From positions 1 to 56,549 of the forward strand of contig CAVTCR010000004.1 of the NCBI GenBank assembly GCA_963733195.1: 56,549 bases of DNA, written 5' to 3'. The translations under genes were made by a program, and so were the position numbers. Positions 32,701 to 42,686 of the stretch are shown one piece after another. This DNA comes from an uncultured delta proteobacterium. GTDB taxonomy: Bacteria; Desulfobacterota; Binatia; Bin18. The notes under the pieces were generated by a model. The model did not search any database and was not told the DNA's origin. It saw only the letters and a program-made list of their open reading frames with translations. Numbering within the stretch: the stretch's first letter is position 1; every line of letters begins with the position of its first letter.

Positions 32701-33708
32701 CTGGGCGGTCAGGTTACTGGCCATCGAGTTGACCGAGTCGGTAAGGTCCTTCCAGGTGCCGGCTACACCGGGCACTACGGCTTGGCCACCCAGTTTGCCA
32801 TCGGTGCCCACCTCGCGCGCCACACGTGTCACTTCCGAGGCAAACGAGCGCAACTGGTCCACCATCGTGTTGATCGCTTCTTTGAGCTGAAGAATTTCGC
32901 CGCGTACGTCCACCGTGATCTTGCGCGAGAGGTCGCCGCTGGCCACGGCGGTGGTCACCTCGGCGATGTTGCGCACTTGGCCAGTGAGGTTGCTGGCCAT
33001 CGAGTTGACCGAGTCGGTGAGGTCTCTCCAGACGCCGCTCACACCACTGACCTGCGCTTGGCCGCCGAGTTTGCCATCCGTGCCCACCTCGCGCGCCACG
33101 CGCGTCACTTCAGACGTAAACACCCCGAGCTGCTCGATCATGGTATTGACGATCGTCGCTGAGCGCAGGAATTCGCCTTCCAGGGGACGTCCGTCTACGT
33201 CAAGCCGTACGGTTTGTGTCAGGTTTCCCTGCGCAACAGCCGCAATGGCGCGAGTGACCTCGGAGGTCGGGCGCAGGAGATCATCCACCAGGGTGTTGAC
33301 CGAGACTTCCATCGCGCCCCAGGCGCCTTTCACTTGGGTAAAGCGTGTGCGCTCTCGTGTTTTCCCCTCTCTGCCGACGACCTGCCCGATACGTGCCAGT
33401 TCCTGCGCCATCTGCTGGTTGGCAGCAATGATCTCATTGAACGTGTCCGCGATCTTCCCCTCTAATCCAATCCAATCGCCTGGGAGTCGCACGTCAAAGT
33501 CGCCGTCGCGCATGGCCTGCAACCCCGCGAGCAGGCCACGCAAATTGGACGAACTACTCGTCAGACCATTGGCATGGCCGTTCGCATGCCCATTTTTCTT
33601 GGTGGTTTTGGCTGCCCTCGTGGGCTTCACGTTAACCGCTGGGTGTCCGTCTACCTCTTGCCCTCGCGTCTGTGCGTGGATCACCGTGGTTTGGTCGTTC
33701 GTCTTCAT
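26778..33708 (-). CDS. Giant cytoplasmic hybrid histidine kinase: poly-HAMP, GAF, HisKA-HATPase, 3 receivers (frameshift near 28030)
   Basis: 13 clear plus 1 degenerate 92-aa units ([16 protein letters not shown]...WKDLTD.VN); [28 protein letters not shown]; three receivers in ORF 26778..28313. Confidence 0.95.
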
Positions 33709-33864
33709 CTCAATTCCCCCGAATGAATGCTAGTTTACTACTGTAGAGCATGCTTATTCACTGCAAGAATCATTCTTATCCTTATCATTTCCTATGCAAG
33801 GAGTGAACTTCTGGAGATGAACAATGCTGCAGCTCGTCATTCCGGGCAAGCGTGAGACCGGAAT

Positions 33865-34390
33865 TCAATAATGATAATTTTCAAAGCGATGCATCGCCCG
33901 AGCCCACGGCTCTTGCTCAATGTAACTCAGCGCCTTGAGTTGTCGCAGATGATGCGCGTTACACAACGCGTGGAGCACGCTGAGCATCGCCAAATAGGGA
34001 CGCAAGAAATCATGGACGAAAATCCCGCACACGTCCGCCCACATCGCGCCGCGCTGGGCCGCCGTGCGGGAGCACGTCAGCAGGCCGGTCGACGCGACAT
34101 GTAGCCACTGCAACCTGCCCGCAATGCGATACCCGGTTTCGTCCAGATGTTTGACTACTGCCTGCTTGAACTGCTGCTCGATATGTTCCGCTAACCCGGT
34201 GAATGCCTCCGCTTTCCGTTGCCCTATCGCCGCGATGGTTGCGGTGGCCACCTCCACGGCAAAGAGATCTTTCATCGAATGTGCGAGCCGGTCTTCAGGA
34301 ATTAACTGCCACGTCTGCAAATAGCCCACCAGCGCTTCCACCGTCGAGCCGTATTGGGCCGCTGCCCGCACCGACGATGGAAATGGGCTG
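33865..34390 (-). mobile_element. IS66-family transposase remnant
   Basis: QYG...YL...QLIP..R, HLDETG, WLHVAST, VHD..PY, HALCNAHHLR; both ends missing. Confidence 0.85.
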
Positions 34391-34551
34391 CGTTTCTGAG
34401 CAGCGCTAGCGTTGAGCACCGGATATCCAGTAATGATAATCCTCACTGTGGGCCGTCGTGAACGTAAAATTTTTTCCTCCGGTGTGTCAGACCTCTTGCA
34501 TAGGAAACGGTATGACCTACGATGGACTCGTCTGCTCCTCACCCTTCACCC

Positions 34552-34590
34552 GTACCGGGGGAATTCAGTCCCCCAGGGTTCCCCCGGTAC
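34552..34590. promoter_or_regulatory. 12-bp perfect GC-rich hairpin upstream of 34619
   Basis: gtaccgggggaa / ttcccccggtac with a 15-nt loop. Confidence 0.5.
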
Positions 34591-34618
34591 CCTTCCTTTG
34601 CCACTAAGGAGTGACTAT

Positions 34619-35020
34619 ATGAAACACAAGCATCCAGTCACGACAGTCAAATCTCCGGTCTTTTCTACCTTATCGCAACACACCCATGGCCGTGCCACCT
34701 GGCTAGTACCAGGTGAAATTCTCGCTGAGGATGGGGATCTGCCTGGCTTTCGACGGTTTCGGACACAGCCAATCTTAGCATTGATGCAGGCAGTCCTGGT
34801 GGATGCGCTTGAGTGCTTCCATCGCCAATGCATTATGGGGCAGCTCTCCAAGCGTCGTCAGCAGGGCGAAGCTGAGCAATGGCTTTTCAGTGATGATGTG
34901 CACTGGCCGTTCGCGTTCTTGCGTGTTTGCGACGCTCTCGAAATCGACCCAGCCTATTTACGACAGAAAATTCTCCAGTGGCAAGCGTCTCCTTCTCGGA
35001 CTAGTGATCTGTCGCGATGA
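34619..35020 (+). CDS. Conserved hypothetical helical protein
   Basis: SD AAGGAG; LMQAVLVDALECF...EAEQWLFSDD..WPFAF..VCDAL.IDP.YLR, a family pattern I recognise from deltaproteobacterial genomes. Confidence 0.7.
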   Translation: MKHKHPVTTVKSPVFSTLSQHTHGRATWLVPGEILAEDGDLPGFRRFRTQPILALMQAVLVDALECFHRQCIMGQLSKRRQQGEAEQWLFSDDVHWPFAFLRVCDALEIDPAYLRQKILQWQASPSRTSDLSR

Positions 35021-35034
35021 TGTTGATAGGCAAA

Positions 35035-35270
35035 GATTGCTTCGTCGTTTCACTCCTCGCAATGACATTGCTCTGTGTCATGGCGAGTCGCCCAGAGCGT
35101 AGGGCGCTCAGCGTGGAGGCAAAAACAGGAGGTTCCTGGATTCCGGGTCTCGCGCTGCTCGCCCGGAATGACGAGCGTGTCGTCTCCGTCATTCCAGCGA
35201 GAGCTGGAATCCGACAAGGTTGGATATTTTGTTTCTGAGCAGCCCTTCGACAAGCTTGGGATAAACTCCG
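35035..35270. repeat. Composite palindromic element, copy 2, nested within a GTCATTGCGAG-type repeat
   Basis: See 608..784; flanked by gattgcttcgtc...ctcgcaatgac and cccttcgac...ataaactccg. Confidence 0.8.
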
Positions 35271-35327
35271 TCGCGTGAGCGGCGAAGTTGACGCACGAGT
35301 CTGTTTTCTTGATTTAATACTCTTGCC

Positions 35328-35362
35328 CTTTCGTCTCTACTCCGTCGTGGCCAATCATGCTA
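35328..35362 (+). repeat. 35-bp imperfect direct repeat, right copy; likely promoter region of the LLM operon
   Basis: ctttcgtctctactccgtcgtggccaatcatgcta, ending 50 bp upstream of ATG 35413. Confidence 0.8.
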
Positions 35363-35412
35363 GAGCAATCGTAACGAAACAGTACAGAGCGCAGTTGGGA
35401 AAAGGAGAAGCT

Positions 35413-36306
35413 ATGAAATACGGCGTTCATCTCGGCGGTGGAGCAGCATTACGTACTCCAGGCGTAGCGCAGACAATTGGGCAACTCGCCGAAGAGCTTG
35501 GCTATGATGGCATTCTTACTGGTGACCACATCACCATTCCTAAGAGTATCGCTTCAACTTACCCCTACCACAAACTGGCAGAGGCTCTTGGCTATAATCC
35601 TTATGCGGTCTTCACCACGATTGACTGGCTGGATGCCTTTACTGTGTTGGGGCTCCTTGTTCCAGTCACACAAAAAGTTCGCTTGGGTACCAGTGTGACG
35701 ATCATCCCGTATCGTCATCCACTCGAAATGGCGCGCGTAGTCGCCTCACTTGATGTTGCCTCTAACGGTCGTATCATCTTCGGCGCTGGTGTCGGTTGGA
35801 TGGCCGAGGAGTTTCAGCTTCTTGGAGTCCCATACAAAGAACGCGCGAGTCGGACTCGCGAGTACATTCAAGTGATGAAAGAAGTCTGGACAAAAGAACT
35901 GCCACGTTTCGCCGGCAAGTACGTTCAGATTGATCAAGATCTTCACTTTGCACCCAAACCGTTACAGAAACCCCATCCTCCCATCTGGGTTGGCGGCGAA
36001 AGCACGCCCGCACTGAAACGCGTCGTCGAGTTTGGTGATGGCTGGCACCTCGGACCGATTGCGTTAGAAGAAGTAAGACCGAAGTTTGCTCAGCTTCGCG
36101 AGTTAATGGCGGCAGCGGGACGAGACTTCTCTCAACTTGAGATCACTTCGATGGTCGATACTCGGGTCGTGTCTGCGGCGGACATTCGCGCGTATCGGGA
36201 TTTGGGTGTGACAGGTTTGTATGTTGTCGCCCCCGGCCCTGATCCACAAAGTGTCGTCAAAGTCATGCGAGAGTTTGTGGATAAAGTGAAGAATGCCGTT
36301 GCCTAA
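35413..36306 (+). CDS. LLM-class oxidoreductase, probably F420-dependent (Rv2161c-like)
   Basis: GDHITIP, RLGTSV, GAGVGWMAEEF, PKPLQKPHPPIWVGG. Confidence 0.9.
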   Translation: MKYGVHLGGGAALRTPGVAQTIGQLAEELGYDGILTGDHITIPKSIASTYPYHKLAEALGYNPYAVFTTIDWLDAFTVLGLLVPVTQKVRLGTSVTIIPYRHPLEMARVVASLDVASNGRIIFGAGVGWMAEEFQLLGVPYKERASRTREYIQVMKEVWTKELPRFAGKYVQIDQDLHFAPKPLQKPHPPIWVGGESTPALKRVVEFGDGWHLGPIALEEVRPKFAQLRELMAAAGRDFSQLEITSMVDTRVVSAADIRAYRDLGVTGLYVVAPGPDPQSVVKVMREFVDKVKNAVA

Positions 36307-36330
36307 GCCAGACCACAAAAGGAGGGCTAT

Positions 36331-37530
36331 ATGAAACAACCACTGTTCGCTGAGTTTCCTCTCGACGAGTATGAACTGCGTGTGAGTCGAGTCCGTGCGC
36401 TGATGGAAGAAGCTGGAATCGACGCACTCCTCCTCACGCAGCAAGAGAACGTTCGTTATCTTACTGGCTACCTTTCGTTGCTGTGGATCTCTAAATTCCG
36501 ACCGCTGCTGGCTGTGCTCCCACGTGATCCCTCCATCTCCCCTACCCTCATCCTGCCGGGACAAGAATACGGCAATGCAAAAACTTCGTGGATCGAGGAG
36601 ATTACTTTTTACCGCGACCAGGAAGATCCGATTGATACAGTCGTCAACGCCTTACACAAGAAGGGACTCCGCGACAAAACTGTCGGCGTCGAGTTGGGCT
36701 ACGGAAGTCGCATCGGCATGGCTCAAGTGCAGTGGGAGTCACTACGAAATTCCTTTGGCGGGACGTTTGTCGATAGCGCACCGCTGCTGCGTCAACTCCG
36801 GGGTCGCAAATCTGCCCGTGAGATTTCTATGCTCCGCCGTGCTTGCGAAATCTCTTGTAACGGCGTCCAGGCGGGATGGCGTGCTCTGCACGAAGGAATG
36901 AGCGAGAAAGAGTTGGCTGCGATTATGATCTCCACCATGATCCAGCAGGGTGCCGAACCGATGAAAACCTTTCTTTGCGTGAATGCGGGGGTGCAACGTT
37001 ATCAAATCGTGAATTGTCCACCGAGTGATTACCGTCTCAAACGTGGCGACCTGGTAATGATCGACGGTGGGGCAACGTACAATGGGTATTGCACCGATTT
37101 CATTCGTCAGGCGTGCCTTGGCAAACCTACTAGCCAGCAGCGAGAGTGGTTTGACCTGGCAAAAACCGCGAACGACACTGCCATTGCTGCGATTCGTCCA
37201 GGGAAACAGTGTGCGGAAGTCTATGAAGCGGGAAGAAAAGTTTTTGTTGATGCTGGCCTAGGGGACTATGGGGTCATCAACATTATCGGTCATAGCTGCG
37301 GAATGGAAGTGCACGAACTTCCGTATGTGGGAGAGCGCGGAGTCGATACGAGCGATACCGTGATTCAAGAAGGTATGGTTTTTTGTATCGAGCCAATCAT
37401 TGCAGGGATGGATTCGCCGCGGTGGGAAGCAGGGATTTTTATCCAAGAAGATATGGTCGCGGTCACTCCAACAGGATGTGACGTCCTGACGAATCAGTTG
37501 AGTAAAGATCTCTGGTTAGCGAACCTCTAA
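36331..37530 (+). CDS. M24 family Xaa-Pro peptidase-like protein
   Basis: Creatinase-like N-domain; D, D, H (GHSCG), E (IEP), E (QED) metal ligands retained. Confidence 0.9.
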   Translation: MKQPLFAEFPLDEYELRVSRVRALMEEAGIDALLLTQQENVRYLTGYLSLLWISKFRPLLAVLPRDPSISPTLILPGQEYGNAKTSWIEEITFYRDQEDPIDTVVNALHKKGLRDKTVGVELGYGSRIGMAQVQWESLRNSFGGTFVDSAPLLRQLRGRKSAREISMLRRACEISCNGVQAGWRALHEGMSEKELAAIMISTMIQQGAEPMKTFLCVNAGVQRYQIVNCPPSDYRLKRGDLVMIDGGATYNGYCTDFIRQACLGKPTSQQREWFDLAKTANDTAIAAIRPGKQCAEVYEAGRKVFVDAGLGDYGVINIIGHSCGMEVHELPYVGERGVDTSDTVIQEGMVFCIEPIIAGMDSPRWEAGIFIQEDMVAVTPTGCDVLTNQLSKDLWLANL

Positions 37531-37546
37531 AGTAAGGAGATATGCC

Positions 37547-38041
37547 ATGAACAACGAGTGGATCGAAAAACTGGCCATTCAAGAGTTATTCGCTCGCTAT
37601 GCCCATGCCGTCGATAATCTGGAGGTTGAACCGTGGGTACAATGCTTCACGTCGGATGGGGTGTTCCAGGTCGGCAATCGTGCGATGCGTGGCGAAGTCG
37701 CCTTGCGTGGCTACGCTGAAGTGCATGTCAAAGACATTCGTTGCCGGCACATGATGGGCAATTTTCTGTACGACATTCACGGCAACGAAGCTACCGGGCA
37801 GTGCAGCATGTTAGCGACCTTGGCGACTGCCGGTGGATATAAGATTTTTGCTCAGGGTCGTTACGTCGATCGCTTGGTCAAACATAATGGTCAATGGAAG
37901 ATCGCTCACCGACGGGTAGAAACAGACCGCCTGGCCTCTGATCCTAAGAAGATCACGAGCATTGCTGACCCGGATGTGGCCGCATTGGTGGGGGTGTTAG
38001 TTGACGCCGCCGTGCGATTAGGAGAGAAAGTGTCGCAGTAA
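37547..38041 (+). CDS. SnoaL/NTF2-like protein
   Basis: AIQELFARYAHAVD...CFTSDG...RH...GRYVD...WKIAHR. Confidence 0.88.
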   Translation: MNNEWIEKLAIQELFARYAHAVDNLEVEPWVQCFTSDGVFQVGNRAMRGEVALRGYAEVHVKDIRCRHMMGNFLYDIHGNEATGQCSMLATLATAGGYKIFAQGRYVDRLVKHNGQWKIAHRRVETDRLASDPKKITSIADPDVAALVGVLVDAAVRLGEKVSQ

Positions 38042-38057
38042 CCCTAGAGGAGGCGCT

Positions 38058-38904
38058 ATGAAAGTTGGAGTTTCGATGTTTGCTACGGATTATGCTATCC
38101 GCCCCGATGACCTCGCCCGTGAAGCTGAAGCATCGCGGCTTTGAGTCAGTGTGGTTTCCTGAACATACGCATATTCCCACCAGCCGCAAGAGTCCCTGGC
38201 CAGGTGGGGGAGAACTCCCCAAAGATTATTGGCACACTCACGATCTGTTTGTCACTATGATGGCCGCGGCTGCAGCGACAAAGAAAATAAAAGTCGGTAG
38301 TGGCATCTGTCTCGTCATCGAACGTGATCCCATCCTCATGGCCAAAGAGGTTGCGTCAGTCGATCAACTGTCGAATGGTCGTTTGATCTTCGGCATTGGT
38401 GGCGGGTGGAATTCTGAAGAGATGGAAAACCACGGCACCCAGTTTAACAAGCGATGGAAGGTCCTGCGTGAACGTATTGAAGCGATGAAAGAAATCTGGG
38501 CAAAAGACGCTGCTGAGTATCACGGTGAGTTTGTCAACTTCGATCCGATTTGGTGCTATCCGAAACCGGCGCAGAAACCGCATCCGCCGATTTTACTCGG
38601 GACATTATCATCAAAAGGCCTCGATCGTGTCGTGCGCTATTGTGACGGCTGGATTCCGGTTGGCATCAGACCGAGAGATCTGCCAGCCGCAATGAAGGAT
38701 CTGAATGAGCGTGCAGCACGGGTTGGACGCAAACCAAGCGAAGTACCAGTATCGATCTTCGGTGCCCCTGGCAAAGAAGACACATTGAAACAATTTCAGG
38801 ATGCTGGTGTCGAGCGGGTAGTGGTGGGACTCCCATCGGACAATAAGGCAAAAGTATTGTCACTGCTCGATCAGTTTGCACCGCTCATTCAAAAGTGTGC
38901 GTAG
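38058..38904 (+). CDS. LLM-class F420-dependent oxidoreductase (frameshift near 38130)
   Basis: MKVGVSMFATDY from ATG 38058 (SD GAGGAGG) joins RGFESVWFPEHTHIP...GGWNSEEMENHG. Confidence 0.9.
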
Positions 38905-38918
38905 ATTGCAGCAGAACG

Positions 38919-38946
38919 GTAGAGGCACGGCGCGCCGCGCCTCTAC
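38919..38946. repeat. GTAG-type REP palindrome
   Basis: gtagaggcacggcgcgccgcgcctctac. Confidence 0.8.
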
Positions 38947-38978
38947 GATTTCTGACAATATAAGAGAGGAGGCTCACC

Positions 38979-39618
38979 ATGGCTAACGTTCCTTCCTGGT
39001 GGATGCGTGGCGACTGGTTTGATGTCTGTAGCTGTAACATCGCTTGTCCATGCGAGTTTGCCCAACCGCCAACCAACAACCATTGTGAGGGCGTGCTCGC
39101 GTACCATATCCGTGAGGGTGACTTACGGAGACACACGGCTCGACGGATTGAACGTGCTCGCCGTCTCGGAATTTACGGGCAATATTTGGGCCGGGCAAGC
39201 GAAAGTCTCGATGGGGTTCTTTCTCGACGAGCGCGCAAACGACCCCCAACGGCACGCGCTGCAAATGGTCTTTTCTGGACAAGCTGGCGGGTTCATGGAG
39301 AACTTCGCTAAGTTGATAGGCGACGTGCGCGGCATCGAATTCGTGCCGATCTCTTTTGACCTTGCGGCTGATCTCGCCTATTGGCGAGCCGAAATCCCAG
39401 GCAAAGTCAAAGCCTCAGCCGACGCACTTACTGGACCAATGACTCCTCCCGGCGCACGAGTCCAAACGCTCAATCCACCAGGCTCCGAGGTCGGCCCTGG
39501 GCAAATTGCGACGTGGGGAAAGACAACTGATAATCTCGTCGATGCGTATGGCTTCAAGTGGGATTGGGCAGGCCAGTCTAGTAAGCACATCCCGTTCGAC
39601 TGGACAGGGCCAGCGTAA
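38979..39618 (+). CDS. DUF1326 domain protein (frameshift near 39120)
   Basis: W...GDWFDVCSCNIACPC...C; DERA...QR.AL..VFSG; FDWTGP end. Confidence 0.88.
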
Positions 39619-39641
39619 GCTGAACCGATAGGGAGTTTGCC

Positions 39642-40412
39642 ATGAACGACCCACTCGCGATGTTTCGTCTTGACGGGAAAGTGAGTGTTGTGGTTGGTGG
39701 CGGTGGAGGTCTGGGCCGCGCAGTAGCTCTCGGGCTGGCCGGAGCTGGAGCACGCGTTGCCGTAGTCGATATCGATGCCGAACGTGCGCAAGCGACGGCC
39801 GCGGGCTGTACCGAACGGGGACAACAGGCTCTCGCCTTGGGCGTCGACATTACGTCTCGCTCCCAGGTGGCAGTAATGGTTGAAGAGGTCCAGAAGCAAC
39901 TGGGACCGATCGAGGTACTCATTAACGCCGCCGGTATCACTCGTCGTTATCCTGCCGCAGAGTTTCCCGAGGAGGTTTTCGACGAAATCCTCGCGGTGAA
40001 TCTCAAAGGCGTTTTTCTCTGCTGCCAGGAAGTTGGACGACACATGATCTCCCGGCGGCAAGGAAAGATCGTCAACTTTGCCTCTATCGCTGGGCAGATT
40101 GGCCTCCAAGGTACGCTAGCGTATCTGTGTAGCAAAGGTGGTGTTATTCAGCTCACCCGTGGCCTTGCGGTCGAGTGGGCGCAGTACAATATCCGCGTCA
40201 ATGCAATTGCTCCTAGTTGGTTCGAAACCAATATGGGTGGCATGCTGCGCCAAGAACCCCAGTATCAATCTCACGCTATGCGCCGCGTGCCGCTCGGTCG
40301 TATGGGGCAACCAGAAGAACTGGTCGGCGCGGTGCTGTATCTCGCTTCTGATGCTTCGTCTATGGTCACGGGCCACGTCCTGGCAGTAGACGGTGGGACG
40401 CTGGCGGCGTGA
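39642..40412 (+). CDS. SDR oxidoreductase (gluconate 5-dehydrogenase-like)
   Basis: GGGGGLG, NAAG, YLCSK, VDGG. Confidence 0.93.
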   Translation: MNDPLAMFRLDGKVSVVVGGGGGLGRAVALGLAGAGARVAVVDIDAERAQATAAGCTERGQQALALGVDITSRSQVAVMVEEVQKQLGPIEVLINAAGITRRYPAAEFPEEVFDEILAVNLKGVFLCCQEVGRHMISRRQGKIVNFASIAGQIGLQGTLAYLCSKGGVIQLTRGLAVEWAQYNIRVNAIAPSWFETNMGGMLRQEPQYQSHAMRRVPLGRMGQPEELVGAVLYLASDASSMVTGHVLAVDGGTLAA

Positions 40413-40429
40413 GCAGAGAGTAACAAAGC

Positions 40430-42361
40430 TCACAAATTCTCAATCTCCACCGGCTCCACGGGATCAGCCAACGCAAACCCGAACACGCGCGAATAGAAAT
40501 ACAATTCCGCGTCCAGTGCGCGTTTGATGTTCTCAGCGCGGCGAAATCCGTGCTGTTCCCCAGCAAACGGTACATAAGCCACTGGCAAGCCTTTTGCCCG
40601 CAACGCTGCGACCATCGTTTCTGCTTGATTAGGCGGGACAATCTTGTCTTCCAGTCCTTGAAAGAAGATCACCGGGCAGGACAACCGATCAGTAAAGTGT
40701 ATCGGCGAGCGTGCGCGATAGAGGTCACGCTTGGCGGGATACGGTCCGACTAAGCTCTCCTCATATCGTGACTCGAACTTATGCGTATCATGCGCTAGTG
40801 CTTCGAGGTCACCAATTCCGTAGTGGCTCGCTCCGGCTTTGAAGACATCACGAAACGTGAGAGCACACAGCGTTGTGTATCCACCGGCACTGCCGCCAGT
40901 AATAGTGAGACGTTTGCCGTCAACCAGCCCCCGTTTGACTAAGTAACGTGCTCCGTTCACGCAATCATCGACATCAACGACACCCCACTGTCCTTTGAGA
41001 CGGTCCCGATACGCTCGTCCGTATCCACTACTACCGCCATAATTCACATCAAGCACGGCAATGCCGCGACTGGTCCAGTATTGAATACTGGCGTTAAATG
41101 TCGTCGTTGCTGCAGACGTAGGTCCTCCGTGACTTTTCACTAATAATGGCGGGCGTTCATCCGCTGAGGCAGCAAAATCACGGTTCCGCGGTGCATAAAA
41201 CAGCCCGTACGCTTTCAGCCCGTTTTCGGTAGGAAATTCGATGGCTTGAGGAACTGAAAGATATTCACTCTCAACAGAAAGCGCACTCGAACGGCGTAGC
41301 GTGGACAGTTGGCGGTTGCTGAGATTCAGTCGAACGACTGAGACCGGCTCTGTTGGTGAACCACCGACAAAAACAGCAGTCTGCGCGTTGGCTCGGACGT
41401 CGCTGATTTCAGTGTAAGGAGTCGGGATCTCTGTCAGTTGTCGCGTTTCAACATCAAGCTGGGCGAGACGCCACGTACCATTCTTGCCATAGGCACACAC
41501 AATCTGTGAAGCAGAAACAAACGCGTAAGTGGACATGCCAAAGACCCATTGTGGACGCCCAAACTCAGCATCGAGTGGACACAGCGACTCCACTCGTCCC
41601 TCTTTCCAGCGATAGAGATTCCACCAACCGGTACGATCTGACACAAAGTACAAAATGCCATCAGGTGACCATTGCGGCTGAAAGACTGATTCGTTCGGAC
41701 CATCAGCAACATGCGTAACTTGGCCTAACGAGCCATTGGATTTCACGTCTGCAACCAGCAACTCAGTGCGATCCCACGGCATGCTGGGATGGTTCCACGT
41801 CAACCAGGCAAGGTGTTTTCCATCTGGGCTTAGTCGAGGTGAGGAGTAGAAGTCGTTTCCTGAAACCAGTACCTCCCCTTCTCCACCTTGCGACAAGTCG
41901 ATGCGAACAATCGTGTTGATCGCTTCACGCCCGGTTGCACGGTGGTCCTCCCGGACGCAAATCAAATGTTTGCGATGACGATCAACGATCGCATCGGCGT
42001 AACGTAGCGAGGCTTCAGGCGTCAGTGGCTGTAGGTTAGAGCCGTCTGCCTGTCGATAGAGCCGTTGATCAGAAAAATGCGAAAAATACACCGTACCTTC
42101 ACTGACGGTGAATGCGCCACCACCATACTCGTGTACCCGCGTTCGTGCATTGAACGGAGCAGGAGTCACATCAACCGTATGACCATCAGCTGTGCAACGA
42201 ATAACAACGCTACGGCCACCTTCGCTTGGTCGCAGCTCAAGCCAGTACACATCGGTCCCATCAAGGACGATCTGTCCTAAACCTACGGTTGCTGAGACAA
42301 TCGCATCTGACGTTATTGGTGATTTCCACGAACCATAGGGAACTATCTTAAGTGTTGTCAT
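40430..42361 (-). CDS. S9 family prolyl oligopeptidase / acyl-peptide hydrolase
   Basis: [33 protein letters not shown]. Confidence 0.95.
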   Translation of the reverse strand: MTTLKIVPYGSWKSPITSDAIVSATVGLGQIVLDGTDVYWLELRPSEGGRSVVIRCTADGHTVDVTPAPFNARTRVHEYGGGAFTVSEGTVYFSHFSDQRLYRQADGSNLQPLTPEASLRYADAIVDRHRKHLICVREDHRATGREAINTIVRIDLSQGGEGEVLVSGNDFYSSPRLSPDGKHLAWLTWNHPSMPWDRTELLVADVKSNGSLGQVTHVADGPNESVFQPQWSPDGILYFVSDRTGWWNLYRWKEGRVESLCPLDAEFGRPQWVFGMSTYAFVSASQIVCAYGKNGTWRLAQLDVETRQLTEIPTPYTEISDVRANAQTAVFVGGSPTEPVSVVRLNLSNRQLSTLRRSSALSVESEYLSVPQAIEFPTENGLKAYGLFYAPRNRDFAASADERPPLLVKSHGGPTSAATTTFNASIQYWTSRGIAVLDVNYGGSSGYGRAYRDRLKGQWGVVDVDDCVNGARYLVKRGLVDGKRLTITGGSAGGYTTLCALTFRDVFKAGASHYGIGDLEALAHDTHKFESRYEESLVGPYPAKRDLYRARSPIHFTDRLSCPVIFFQGLEDKIVPPNQAETMVAALRAKGLPVAYVPFAGEQHGFRRAENIKRALDAELYFYSRVFGFALADPVEPVEIENL

Positions 42362-42686
42362 CTGTTGACTCCGCTTTTGGTACTCGTAGTTCAATTCCAT
42401 ATCGAGGCATAGAGATATTCTCACCGCGACACTGTGGACAATGGCTTGGCCGCGTTATCCGCGAACGATCTTTAAAGACAAACTCACAGTCGAGGCATTC
42501 GGATGGTTCGGTGACGAATCGCCTTGAACGATCACGTTCAACCGACTTCGCAATATGAACGAGATGTTCCTCGACTTGCCGTTCAGAAATCTTGATTACC
42601 GCCGCCAGTTGGCGTGCTGTCATGACCCTGCCACCCAACAGGTCGAGAATACGTTGGCGCGGAGTGCGATCAGCGCTCGTCATCAA
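42348..42686 (-). CDS. HTH plus Zn-ribbon predicted transcriptional regulator (COG3357-like)
   Basis: TPRQRI...EHLVHIAKS...CLDCEFVF...PSHCPQC. Confidence 0.85.
   Translation of the reverse strand: MMTSADRTPRQRILDLLGGRVMTARQLAAVIKISERQVEEHLVHIAKSVERDRSRRFVTEPSECLDCEFVFKDRSRITRPSHCPQCRGENISMPRYGIELRVPKAESTDDNT

Noticed and set aside
29600-33300. 276-bp tandem repeats as a CRISPR array or non-coding repeat
   Set aside because: They are in-frame HAMP units with no unique spacers and no cas genes.
29810-33733. Repeated plus-strand ORFs ([15 protein letters not shown]...)
   Set aside because: Antisense shadows of the poly-HAMP gene.
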